NCBI GenBank assembly: GCA_029573235.1
Contig: JAKQGX010000035.1
Coordinates: 9,367 to 73,366, forward strand
DNA from: Bacteroidota bacterium
Lineage (GTDB): Bacteria; Bacteroidota; Bacteroidia; Chitinophagales; Chitinophagaceae
Reading direction: 5' to 3'
Length of the DNA: 64,000 nucleotides
Shown in pieces: positions 45,667 through 54,659 of this stretch. The notes under the pieces are model-generated. The model did no database searches, was not told the origin of the DNA, and was given only the letters and a program-made list of their open reading frames with translations. A program made the position numbers and the translations under genes. How positions within the stretch are numbered: the stretch's first letter is position 1; every line of letters begins with the position of its first letter.

Positions 45667-46077
45667 TTAGTTGAAATAGGGTGATAAACGTTCTCTCAAT
45701 AGTTCAGGCATCACAGTTTTTTTCTTACTCAAGGCATCTACAAATACCAGTGTTGTTACTCCTTTGTTGAGCAGCTTATTTTTCTCGTTATAAATCTCTG
45801 TATGAAACAGAATTTTATATTCTTCGTTAAGTTCTTTTATGCAAGTATGTACGGTAAGTAAATCATCGTAAAATGCAGGACGAAGAAATTGGGTATGAAA
45901 TTCTACTACAGGCATGAGGATACCTTTTTCTTCTAACTCCCGATAGGTAAAGCCTAACTGACGGATGGCGTCTGTTCTGCCTACTTCATAATATAGGGCG
46001 TAATTGCCGTAGTATAAATAACCCATTTGGTCGGTTTCGCCATAGCGAACGCGTATTTGTGTGGTTGCAGTGTACAA
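45667..46077 (-). CDS. YbgC/4HBT-type acyl-CoA thioesterase
   Basis: 136 aa. IRVRYGETDQMGYLYYGNY motif. Apparent TTG start. Confidence 0.75.
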   Translation of the reverse strand: MYTATTQIRVRYGETDQMGYLYYGNYALYYEVGRTDAIRQLGFTYRELEEKGILMPVVEFHTQFLRPAFYDDLLTVHTCIKELNEEYKILFHTEIYNEKNKLLNKGVTTLVFVDALSKKKTVMPELLRERLSPYFN

Positions 46078-46118
46078 ATTTTTTTATTGCAAAAATAATC
46101 CCGCAGTACTACAAGTGG

Positions 46119-46871
46119 TTATTTTGATGAGGCTTCTTTTATTAACTGAGTAACTTTCGCAAGGTCTTCCGGCGTATCAACCGAATAAACGGGAATATCC
46201 GTCATCACACATTGAATTTGAAAACCGTTTTCCAACCAGCGTAGTTGCTCCAATGACTCTGCTTTTTCTAATGAAGATACCGGCAACTTGGTTATCTGTT
46301 CTAAAACATCACTACGATAGGCATAGGTACCCACATGCAATAGAAATGGGTGTTGGGTCATTCCAAATGTATCGGTTGCATTTCGTACAAAAGGAATGGT
46401 GGCTCGACTAAAATATAAGGCTTCTCCTTTTGTGTTTAAGACTACTTTCACCTCACCATGATTGGCAAGTTCATCTGCATGTGTAGCATTTTTTATTAAA
46501 GTGGCTAAGGATACTTGTCCATTCAATACATCGGCCAATGCATCAATCTGTGCAGGATTTATCATGGGTTCATCACCTTGGATATTGATGACATAATCGT
46601 AGGTCTTACCGGTCTTCAATAGGGCTTCGTAGCACCTGTCGGTGCCACTGGCATGTTGTGGCGAGGTCATTACCACATTGCCACCAAAAGAAGTAACGTG
46701 TTGAAAGATGCGCTCATCATCGGTTGCTACAACGACCTCTGTTAAGGTACTGGCTTTGGTAGCTTGCTCGTACACCCTTTGTATCATTGTCTTGCCGTGA
46801 ATATCTATCAAGGGTTTCCCGGGCAATCGGGTTGATGCATAACGAGCGGGTATGATGCCAACTATTTTCAT
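46119..46871 (-). CDS. kdsB: 3-deoxy-manno-octulosonate cytidylyltransferase
   Basis: 250 aa. IIPARYASTRLPGKPL and NIQGDEP motifs. Confidence 0.93.
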   Translation of the reverse strand: MKIVGIIPARYASTRLPGKPLIDIHGKTMIQRVYEQATKASTLTEVVVATDDERIFQHVTSFGGNVVMTSPQHASGTDRCYEALLKTGKTYDYVINIQGDEPMINPAQIDALADVLNGQVSLATLIKNATHADELANHGEVKVVLNTKGEALYFSRATIPFVRNATDTFGMTQHPFLLHVGTYAYRSDVLEQITKLPVSSLEKAESLEQLRWLENGFQIQCVMTDIPVYSVDTPEDLAKVTQLIKEASSK

Positions 46872-46938
46872 GAGGTTATTTTCTTTCGGATGAACGATGA
46901 GCTATATCGTGAGGCTGAGTATGTGCAAAACTGAATGA

Positions 46939-47646
46939 CTATAATTGTTTCTCTACGATATCAGCAGCCTGTGCGGTATAACAAACGGTTGTAGCTTTAT
47001 TTCTGTTTTGCAAGTAAGCGATATATTCTTCGGTATAGTCCAGTCGGGCGCGGATGGTAAATTTATAAATATCGCTAAGCCCCATCAATAGCTCTGCGGC
47101 TTCTCGTACAGCATGTGATTGTCCATCTCCGGCGGTAATATAATCCACCATGTTGTTTTCAACGGCAAAGTCCACCAGCAAAGGATTACACGCGCGTTGC
47201 ACCATAATTCTCAAACCACATTTTGCTGCCATTGAAAGGTCCAATACATCATCAAAAACGAAAGCCACTTCCTCCGGTTTGATATGGTGTGTCATGCAGA
47301 GGTGTTGCAAGGCGAGCGCTTTATATTTAATGCCATAATAGATTGCTTGAAAATGCTCTCTCTTGGCAAGGGTATAAGCGGCACTATTGTTTTCTCCCGA
47401 GATGATGGCAGTGTAAGGGATTTTATGAACTCGTTGAAAATAATTGAACCGAAGCAGGTTGGTACCCATGGCATCTACCTCACTAAAAAAACTGGTAGCA
47501 TTTTCATTTTTCTGCCCATTATTAAAGACGCCATCCCAATCAAAAACAAAGGCTTTTATTTTCGACAGTTTATTTTTCAATTCCTCGGGTGAGGCTACAA
47601 ACTGTCCTTTGAATTTTTCTGTAATAGGAATTTGGTTAGATGGCAT
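46939..47646 (-). CDS. KdsC-like HAD-IIIA phosphatase with N- and C-terminal extensions
   Basis: 235 aa. The FVFDWDGVF (DxD), AIISGE, FVFDDVLD and HAVREAAELLMGL segments parallel KDO-8-P phosphatase KdsC. About 60 aa longer than typical KdsC. Confidence 0.6.
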   Translation of the reverse strand: MPSNQIPITEKFKGQFVASPEELKNKLSKIKAFVFDWDGVFNNGQKNENATSFFSEVDAMGTNLLRFNYFQRVHKIPYTAIISGENNSAAYTLAKREHFQAIYYGIKYKALALQHLCMTHHIKPEEVAFVFDDVLDLSMAAKCGLRIMVQRACNPLLVDFAVENNMVDYITAGDGQSHAVREAAELLMGLSDIYKFTIRARLDYTEEYIAYLQNRNKATTVCYTAQAADIVEKQL

Positions 47647-47742
47647 GACCGTAGTAATCGAAATGAATAGATGCTTCGTGATAGCGAGTTGGTATCAATT
47701 TTCTCTTCAACCCCTTTGTGTAAAAGGGAGAGTTGCTATACG

Positions 47743-48753
47743 CTATAGCAACTCCATATCTTGAATGTCCAACATGCCTATGGGCTTGCCATTTTCGGTA
47801 ATGAGCAAGGTGTCTACACTCGACTTTTTAAACGTCATGTGGGCATCGTTCAACAAAGCATTGGCATCAATACTGATAGGTGCATTGTATTGCAATTCTC
47901 CCATTTTTTGTTCCAATACTGCTGCCCCTTTGCTTTGCAACAAACGTCTGATATCCCCATCTGTAAAGACACCTTTCAGTGCGTCACCATCTACTATGGT
48001 GATGGCGCCAAAGCCATACTCTGTCATTTTTACGATAGCATCTTTCAAGCTGGTGCTTGCATCTACCAATGGATTGATGGCTTTTGCTGCTTCTTTCACG
48101 CGTACGGTCATCAGTCGGGTATCGCGCAAAAACTGCTCAGTACCTACAGTTGTGAAATTATTATCGGTAAGTGCTTTTAATATTTTTAATGGAACAGTAA
48201 TGGTATGTACCCCAATATTGATAGCATTGCGTACATGCTCTGTAGTGCGTACAGAGCTAAACATAATTTTACTATCGTATCCATAATGATTCACCGCGTC
48301 TACACATTGTGCCACCAGCGACAAGGCATCATGTCCTTGGTCTTGCAGCCTGCCCACCAGTGGACAAACATAATTGGCTCCTGCATGCATTGCCATATAG
48401 GCTTGTTGCAGTGTGTACACCAAATGCACGTTCACCATCATACCTTCTTTACGTAGCATGTTACATGCCTTCACGCCTTCTAGTGATACCGGAATTTTGA
48501 AAACGGTTCTGTTTTTATCCAAGCCTAAATCCAATTGGCGCTTGGCTTCATCTACAACAGCTTCAGCGGTGTTGCCCAATGCTTCTATTTGTAGCACAGG
48601 CACTATTTTCGATAGTTTTACAATAGTACCGTCAATATCCGTAATGCCTTCGCGTTGCATAAAGGTAGGAGTAGTAGTAAGCCCATTTAGAAAGCCTAAT
48701 TTAAAACCCTCTTCTATTTCTTTGAGGTTGGCTGAATCCAAGTATAATTCCAT
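47743..48753 (-). CDS. Fusion protein: transaldolase/fructose-6-phosphate-aldolase (TalC/FSA)-like barrel plus KdsD/KpsF-type CBS pair
   Basis: The N-terminal about 215 aa carry MELYLDS, GLTTTPT, VFKIPVSLEG (Schiff-base Lys context) and YVCPLVGRLQD. The C-terminal about 120 aa carry SLKDAIVKMTEYGFGAITIVDGDALKGVFTDGDIRRLL and IGMLDIQDM, as in arabinose-5-P isomerase CBS domains. Start at ATG 48753. Confidence 0.75.
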   Translation of the reverse strand: MELYLDSANLKEIEEGFKLGFLNGLTTTPTFMQREGITDIDGTIVKLSKIVPVLQIEALGNTAEAVVDEAKRQLDLGLDKNRTVFKIPVSLEGVKACNMLRKEGMMVNVHLVYTLQQAYMAMHAGANYVCPLVGRLQDQGHDALSLVAQCVDAVNHYGYDSKIMFSSVRTTEHVRNAINIGVHTITVPLKILKALTDNNFTTVGTEQFLRDTRLMTVRVKEAAKAINPLVDASTSLKDAIVKMTEYGFGAITIVDGDALKGVFTDGDIRRLLQSKGAAVLEQKMGELQYNAPISIDANALLNDAHMTFKKSSVDTLLITENGKPIGMLDIQDMELL

Positions 48754-48952
48754 AAAAATTGGTGTGATGTATGAAGGTGGCAAAAATAATTGAATATACA
48801 GAATGATACTATTTTTTTATTTCTTGCTATAGCTTATTCCACCGTTAGTATATATAGGTAGGCTCCTTTCTTCAAAAACAACTACAAATTCTTGTATGAG
48901 AGTAAACATTGCAGTATCATTGTGGCTTCATAATTAATTAAAATTTTCCAAC

Positions 48953-50095
48953 ATGAATTTTCAACTATCAGAAGAACAAGTTGCGGTGCAAATGGCTGCC
49001 AGGGATTTTGCAAGAACCGAATTGTTGCCCGGTGTTATTGAGCGCGATGAGCAAGCTAAATTCCCTACAGAGCAAATAAAAAAATTAGGAGAGCTTGGCT
49101 TTTTGGGTATGATGGTAGATCCAAAGTATGGAGGCTCCGGAATGGATACTGTGAGCTATGTGTTGGCAATGGAAGAAATTTCTAAAATTGATGCTTCTAC
49201 TTCAGTGTGTATGAGCGTAAACAACTCCTTAGTGTGTTGGGGGCTCGAAACATTTGCCAGTGAAGAACAAAAACAAAAATACCTGACCAAATTAGCTACC
49301 GGTGAAAAGCTAGGGGCTTTTTTACTCAGCGAACCGGAAGCCGGCTCCGATGCTACTTCGCAACGCACTACTGCTGAAGACAAAGGTGATTATTATTTGC
49401 TGAATGGTACTAAAAACTGGATTACCAATGGTAGTTCGGCATCATACTACTTAGTTATCGCACAGACTTACCCGGAAAAGAAACACAAAGGTATCAATGC
49501 CTTCATCGTTGAAAAAGATTGGGCAGGTGTAACCGTAGGCGCAAAAGAAAACAAATTAGGCATCCGTGGTAGCGACACACACAGCATCATGTTTCAAGAT
49601 GTGAAAGTGCCTAAAGAAAACAGAATTGGTGACGATGGTTTCGGATTCACATTTGCCATGAAAACCCTTGCCGGCGGGCGCATCGGTATTGCTTCGCAAG
49701 CATTGGGTATCGCTAGCGGCGCGTATGAATTAGCATTGAAGTATGCAAAGGAAAGAAAAGCTTTTGGTACAGAAATTATGAACCACCAAGCCATTGCCTT
49801 CAAACTGGCAGATATGGCTACGGCTATTGAAGGTGCTCGCTTGATGTGCTTGAAAGCCGCTTGGACTAAAGACCAAGGGAAAGATTATACATTGCCTGCC
49901 TCTATGGCTAAATTGTATGCTTCAGAAATTGCACAATGGGTTACCAATGAAGCGGTACAAATCCATGGTGGTTATGGCTATGTGAAAGAATTTCACGTTG
50001 AGCGCTTGCTTCGTGACGCCAAGATTACTCAGATATATGAAGGAACCAGTGAAGTACAAAAAATCGTTATCAGCAGAACCGTATTGAAAGACTAA
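48953..50095 (+). CDS. Acyl-CoA dehydrogenase (short/medium-chain, butyryl-CoA dehydrogenase-like)
   Basis: 380 aa. LSEPEAGSD, and C-terminal QIHGGYGY..IYEGTSEVQ motifs. Confidence 0.88.
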   Translation: MNFQLSEEQVAVQMAARDFARTELLPGVIERDEQAKFPTEQIKKLGELGFLGMMVDPKYGGSGMDTVSYVLAMEEISKIDASTSVCMSVNNSLVCWGLETFASEEQKQKYLTKLATGEKLGAFLLSEPEAGSDATSQRTTAEDKGDYYLLNGTKNWITNGSSASYYLVIAQTYPEKKHKGINAFIVEKDWAGVTVGAKENKLGIRGSDTHSIMFQDVKVPKENRIGDDGFGFTFAMKTLAGGRIGIASQALGIASGAYELALKYAKERKAFGTEIMNHQAIAFKLADMATAIEGARLMCLKAAWTKDQGKDYTLPASMAKLYASEIAQWVTNEAVQIHGGYGYVKEFHVERLLRDAKITQIYEGTSEVQKIVISRTVLKD

Positions 50096-50125
50096 TTCGT
50101 TAGACTCTTTCGAATACATATCATA

Positions 50126-50163
50126 CAGCAGAGAGGCTACTCATTCGGGTAGCCTCTCTGCTG
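50126..50163. terminator. Hairpin between convergent genes
   Basis: Perfect 15-bp stem CAGCAGAGAGGCTAC/GTAGCCTCTCTGCTG with an 8-nt loop. No strong T tract on either side. Confidence 0.6.
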
Positions 50164-50205
50164 TGAAAAGAGAATATACTGATAAGGATGCTGTGCAATG
50201 TTGTG

Positions 50206-51231
50206 TTATGCTTCGGGTGCTTTCTTGGATAGTTTCCACAACGATTTGACGGCTCCTGCTACAGCCTCCATATCTAACTCCTTCATACATTTAAAATGCC
50301 TTTTAGGACATTTATGATAGCCTATCTTCGAACAAGGGTGGCAGGAAAGATCTTTCTTTTCCATCAGTTTTAGGGTGGGAGGGATATTATTTAAAGTATT
50401 GGAACCAAAGTATGGAAACATGCCCATCTCCGGCGCTGTATTGCCCCATAAAGAAATGATGGGCTTTTGAAAAGCCGCTGCAATATGCATCAGTCCGGTA
50501 TCATTAGATACAACGACATGGGCATCTTTTACCAACAATGCTGATTCATCTAAATTGAATTTTCCGCAAGCATTATAAATCTTAATGGAATCCATCTCGG
50601 CTATGGCGTCTCCTTCCAACTTGTCTTCCGGCCCGCCTAACAGTATCACCGGAAACGGTGTGTGCTGTATCAGTTCTTGCCATTTCTCTACAGGTAATTT
50701 TTTGGTGAAATAAGAACCGCCAATGACCATGGCTACATAACCTGCCCAATGGCTCATTGGAATATCTTTGGTGGTTACTTTTATTCCCTCCGGTAAAAAA
50801 TAATCGAGTCCTTTGTGGTCGTTTTTCACCCCTAAGTGTTGAACCGTTTCCATATAGCGCTCCACAATGCTTTCGGCTGGCATGAGGTTTATTTTAAAAT
50901 TAACCAACAGCCACTTTTGTAGGTTCAGTTTTCGAAAGGAATGAGCCGGTATGTTTAAGGCTTGTTTGATGCGCAGTGTCCTGAGGTTGTGATGCAGGTC
51001 TATTATTTCGTCGTATTGCTCTTGTTTTAGTTGCTCGATGATTTCGGGCAGGTTATCATTCAGGTAATAATGTTTGTCAATATAGGGGTTGTGGGCTACG
51101 ATTTTTTCAAAGTTGGATTTCGTTAATAAATGAAGAGATATATCGGCGCGTTGTGTTTTAAGACATCTCAAAACCGGTGTGGTCAGTACGATATCACCAA
51201 TGGAAGAAAAGCGTATTACGAGTACTTTCAT
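50206..51231 (-). CDS. Glycosyltransferase family 9 (heptosyltransferase-like) with a Cys/His-rich C-terminal tail
   Basis: 341 aa. MKVLVIRFSSIGDIVLTTPVLR start and NDTGLMHIAAA motif. Tail is CHPCSKIGYHKCPKRHFKC. Confidence 0.8.
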   Translation of the reverse strand: MKVLVIRFSSIGDIVLTTPVLRCLKTQRADISLHLLTKSNFEKIVAHNPYIDKHYYLNDNLPEIIEQLKQEQYDEIIDLHHNLRTLRIKQALNIPAHSFRKLNLQKWLLVNFKINLMPAESIVERYMETVQHLGVKNDHKGLDYFLPEGIKVTTKDIPMSHWAGYVAMVIGGSYFTKKLPVEKWQELIQHTPFPVILLGGPEDKLEGDAIAEMDSIKIYNACGKFNLDESALLVKDAHVVVSNDTGLMHIAAAFQKPIISLWGNTAPEMGMFPYFGSNTLNNIPPTLKLMEKKDLSCHPCSKIGYHKCPKRHFKCMKELDMEAVAGAVKSLWKLSKKAPEA

Positions 51232-51271
51232 GAAAGGAGTGGTACTATTTTTTTATGATTGTATAAAAGTG

Positions 51272-52300
51272 CTATCTGCGATAAGTGAGCTCGCACCAAA
51301 GTTTATCATTGATACCGCCTAAAGCTGTTTTTGCATTTTTAGAAATACCAATAATCGCATTGTGATAAAGTCCTGTTGTGGGAATACGGCTTAGTACTTT
51401 TACAAATATCTCATTGCCATTGCCAGGGTTTCTTACTTTGATAATGGTGCCCCTAGGAGCAGTATTGTGAAAGGCAAAATAGACATCGGGGTTGTTGTTG
51501 CTTGAGTTAAAAAAGACAGCAGTGCCTTTTTCTTTATTGACAAACGTTTCGTTTACCGTTTGCTCTTCATACAATATCGCTGCTTCCGATTTTTCAGCTT
51601 CTTGTAAGCTATCTTCGCTATCGGCCATTGTTGGCGTTGGTTCCGTTCGTACTCCATCTACTACATATACAGTGTCTTTCTTTTTAGGGCGTGCAGGCTG
51701 TGGTGCGGTTGCCTCCGGAGCAGGTGATTTCAAGGGTGCCGTTGTGTTGTGAAGGGGATTGGTAGGTAGCTCTATCTCAGATGGCTGATGGTTGTAAGTG
51801 CCGGTTGCATCATAGTGCATCCAACCTACTAACAACACCTGTCCTTCATAAATGTCTTTGTCGGTAATGTGGTTCCAGTCTAATATTTTGCGCTGTGTAG
51901 TTAGCGAGTTTTTTGCAATGGTTTTCAGGCTTTCACCGGCGCTTAGTTTATGATAAAGCGGTTTCATCTCACTCGTAATGATGCCTCCTTCTGTTTTAAT
52001 ATTATAAGCTCCCAGTGGCACCCAAATACTTTTAGCTCGAAGCGAATCCCTGAGTCCGATTGCGTTGGTATTGCTAAGCATTACCGGTGGTACATGGTAC
52101 CGTTTGGCAATGCTGAAGACGGTTTCACCTTTTTTTACTTTGTGTTTTAACAGCCATCCATGATCACTTTGCTGTACATAAAAGCTATCGTTTTTTTGTG
52201 CATAACTGCCGGCACTAAGGAGCGACAGAAAGCAGCACAAGAGGATACCGCAGTGTCGTATAGGTTGCCATGTATGAGTTTGAAAATAGATTGTTGCCAT
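51272..52300 (-). CDS. LysM-domain peptidoglycan-binding protein with a possible RlpA/DPBB-like C-terminus
   Basis: Two LysM-like segments (HKVKKGETVFSIAKRYHVPP; HKLSAGESLKTIAKNS), a Pro-rich linker, and C-terminal APRGTIIKVRNPGNGNEIFVKVL. Start at ATG 52300. Confidence 0.6.
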   Translation of the reverse strand: MATIYFQTHTWQPIRHCGILLCCFLSLLSAGSYAQKNDSFYVQQSDHGWLLKHKVKKGETVFSIAKRYHVPPVMLSNTNAIGLRDSLRAKSIWVPLGAYNIKTEGGIITSEMKPLYHKLSAGESLKTIAKNSLTTQRKILDWNHITDKDIYEGQVLLVGWMHYDATGTYNHQPSEIELPTNPLHNTTAPLKSPAPEATAPQPARPKKKDTVYVVDGVRTEPTPTMADSEDSLQEAEKSEAAILYEEQTVNETFVNKEKGTAVFFNSSNNNPDVYFAFHNTAPRGTIIKVRNPGNGNEIFVKVLSRIPTTGLYHNAIIGISKNAKTALGGINDKLWCELTYRR

Positions 52301-52346
52301 GTTGAGGGAATCTTTTTTGAAGTGTTTTGTTGCTAAAATAATGCCA

Positions 52347-53699
52347 CTATTCCTCATTGTTCAATTCAGAAGGAAGCTCCATTCGGATACGTTGGTTTTT
52401 GGGAAGGTAGTTATTGATACGATTACCCAAAGCCTTTATCCATCCCAATGCCAGCCCCTTATAGCATACAAGATACCAACCTTTGGTTAATTGCAACGAC
52501 TCCAGTGCTTCCTTTTTTAAAAACCGTAAAGCTGTTTCTTTATTTACTTCTACTTGGGGTATATCATGACTTCTGGCGATGCTCAATGCCGTTTCGTGAT
52601 GTGGTATCCATTCTTTTGAGGTGATAGCGCCGATGCTCACACCTACTTTTCTGAAGTACAACTGTTGCTTTAATAACTCATAGTCTTGTCGGTGTGCTGA
52701 GCTCAATGCGGTAATGCCCTCAGCATTTTCCATGCATGACCAAGCATCGGGCTGCAGTTTATCTTTCAATAAGAGTACTCCTTTGTTTTCTGCTGCAGTT
52801 TTTGTCTTGGGATATTTCAATGGGTTTGTAGCTTGTGTTTTTCGCACTGCAGCTATAAAGAATCCTTCTCCTTTAATTTTGTCCGGAAAGAACCGATAGC
52901 CCATCATCGAATGGTTGTCTGATTCGCTGACTACAATGCCCGGATAAGCATCTGTGGGGATGGGGATAGTAGTGGCGGAAAATTCTGTTGCAAGCCAATC
53001 CAATACTTCTTCATTTTCTTGAGGAGAGTACGAACAAGTGGCATATATTAATACACCGTTTTCTTTTAGACTATTCCAGATATCGGCAAGAATCCTTTTT
53101 TGCCTTCCGGAGCAAAGGCTCACATTATTGTCTGTCCAATGATTGAGTGCTAAGGATTCTTTTCTAAACAAGCCGGAACCACTGCAAGGAGCATCTACTA
53201 CTATCAAATCAAAGTAGCCCTCTATGGCACCAAAATCTTTTGGGTCGTTGCTCGTTATCCATTGGTTGGGGTATCCCCATTTTACAATGTTTTCTTCTAA
53301 TATGCTACAACGACTTCGGATGACTTCATTGGAAAGAATGAGGCAGGAAGTGTCGAGTGCTGCTGCCAATAGGGTCGATTTACCGCCCGGAGCGGCACAT
53401 AGGTCTAAGACTTTTAATTGTGTTGCATTGGGAAACAGGTGTTGCACCATACTATGCAAAAACATAGATGAAGCTTCCTGAACATAGTAGGCGCCCGCAT
53501 GTAATAAGGGGTCTAAGGTAAAGGAAGGGCGCTCGTGCAAATATCGCCCCCAAGCGCACCAGGGAACGGTGCCATAGGTATTCATTTCTATAGAGCCCGA
53601 CTTTAAGGGATGCAAGCGAATGGACACCGGTGGCTCTTGTAGGTGTGCTTCTGTGAAAGTTGCTTTGTCAAAGCCGCTAACACCATTAAGGGTATCCAT
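52347..53699 (-). CDS. NOL1/NOP2/Sun-family rRNA cytosine-C5 methyltransferase (RsmF/RsmB-like)
   Basis: DLCAAPGGKST SAM motif, VDAPCSGSG and TCSY catalytic Cys motifs. Start set at ATG 53699. Confidence 0.85.
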   Translation of the reverse strand: MDTLNGVSGFDKATFTEAHLQEPPVSIRLHPLKSGSIEMNTYGTVPWCAWGRYLHERPSFTLDPLLHAGAYYVQEASSMFLHSMVQHLFPNATQLKVLDLCAAPGGKSTLLAAALDTSCLILSNEVIRSRCSILEENIVKWGYPNQWITSNDPKDFGAIEGYFDLIVVDAPCSGSGLFRKESLALNHWTDNNVSLCSGRQKRILADIWNSLKENGVLIYATCSYSPQENEEVLDWLATEFSATTIPIPTDAYPGIVVSESDNHSMMGYRFFPDKIKGEGFFIAAVRKTQATNPLKYPKTKTAAENKGVLLLKDKLQPDAWSCMENAEGITALSSAHRQDYELLKQQLYFRKVGVSIGAITSKEWIPHHETALSIARSHDIPQVEVNKETALRFLKKEALESLQLTKGWYLVCYKGLALGWIKALGNRINNYLPKNQRIRMELPSELNNEE

Positions 53700-53815
53700 T
53701 AGGGCTAAAGATTGCAACTGTGAAATGTTGAATGGTGGGTGCAACAGTAAATAGAATTGTAGGAATAAAGTTATGGATATTGATTTGAAAGCTATTGGCT
53801 ATAGTACATACAAAC

Positions 53816-53850
53816 AAAAAAAAGGTTTCAAACAAACTATGCTTGAAACC
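53816..53850 (-). terminator. Rho-independent terminator 3' of the tRNA
   Basis: Stem GGTTTCAA/TTGAAACC followed on the minus strand by 8 T. Confidence 0.75.
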
Positions 53851-53862
53851 ATTTGTCTTTTG

Positions 53863-53936
53863 TGGGCCCACTAGGACTTGAACCTAGGACCACCTGATTA
53901 TGAGTCAGGTGCTCTAACCAACTGAGCTATAGGCCC
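53863..53936 (-). tRNA. tRNA with CAT anticodon and an Ile-like body (candidate tRNA-Ile2, lysidine-modified; Met not excluded)
   Basis: Cloverleaf: GGGCCTA/TGGGCCC acceptor, GCTC-AGTTGGTTA-GAGC, anticodon arm CCTGA-CTCATAA-TCAGG, T arm CTAGG-TTCAAGT-CCTAG. The GGGCCT..TAGCTCAG..GGTTCAAGTCC body resembles tRNA-Ile. Confidence 0.9.
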
Positions 53937-54023
53937 AATGACCAAATAAAGTCAAAATTGGATTGCAAATGTATAAGGTTTCTTTCAAAAAGAAAAAACG
54001 ATTTAAAGATTTATTTTTGATGC

Positions 54024-54659
54024 ATGATAAAAGGAATTAAACATATTGTTTTTGATTTTGGCGGCGTACTACTAAACATCGATTATACCCTTACGGAGCA
54101 GGCTTTTATAGCACTTGGCATTACACAATTTAGTCGATTATATTCACAGTTGCAGCAAGATAATATGTTTGATGAGTTGGAAACAGGAAGCATCCAAACG
54201 ACAGCATTTTGTGATACTTTGAGAAAGCTTGCCGGTATGCCTTTGGAAGATCAAGACATTATTAGGGCATGGAATGCGATGTTGCTGAATTTGCCATTGA
54301 GGCGATTACAATTATTGGAGCAATTAAAACACCATTATGATTTAGTGCTGCTAAGTAACACCAACGAAATACATGAAGAGGCCTTCACCCGCATAATTTA
54401 TGATGAGCACAAGACCTCCATTGCAGCGTTTTTTGATAGAGTCTATTTTTCTCACCGTGTGGGTATGCGAAAACCCGATAAAGAAATTTTTGAAAGGGTA
54501 TTACAGGAAAATCATTTTTTGCCTGAGCATACATTGTTTATCGATGATAGTCCGCAGCATATAGAAGGAGCTAAGAAACTCGGTATTCAAACGCTTTATT
54601 TAGAGAAAGGAATGACCATAGAAGAGCATGTCTTTCGCTCTAAGACCAATAACGATTAA
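54024..54659 (+). CDS. HAD-superfamily hydrolase, subfamily IA
   Basis: 211 aa. IVFDFGGVL (DxG variant of motif I), LLSNTN and FIDDS motifs. Confidence 0.75.
   Translation: MIKGIKHIVFDFGGVLLNIDYTLTEQAFIALGITQFSRLYSQLQQDNMFDELETGSIQTTAFCDTLRKLAGMPLEDQDIIRAWNAMLLNLPLRRLQLLEQLKHHYDLVLLSNTNEIHEEAFTRIIYDEHKTSIAAFFDRVYFSHRVGMRKPDKEIFERVLQENHFLPEHTLFIDDSPQHIEGAKKLGIQTLYLEKGMTIEEHVFRSKTNND

Noticed and set aside
47761-48793. Several plus-strand ORFs (139, 173, 83, 63 and 126 aa).
   Set aside because: They are antisense to the aldolase-CBS fusion gene, whose two domains are both recognisable. No motifs are present in the plus-strand frames.
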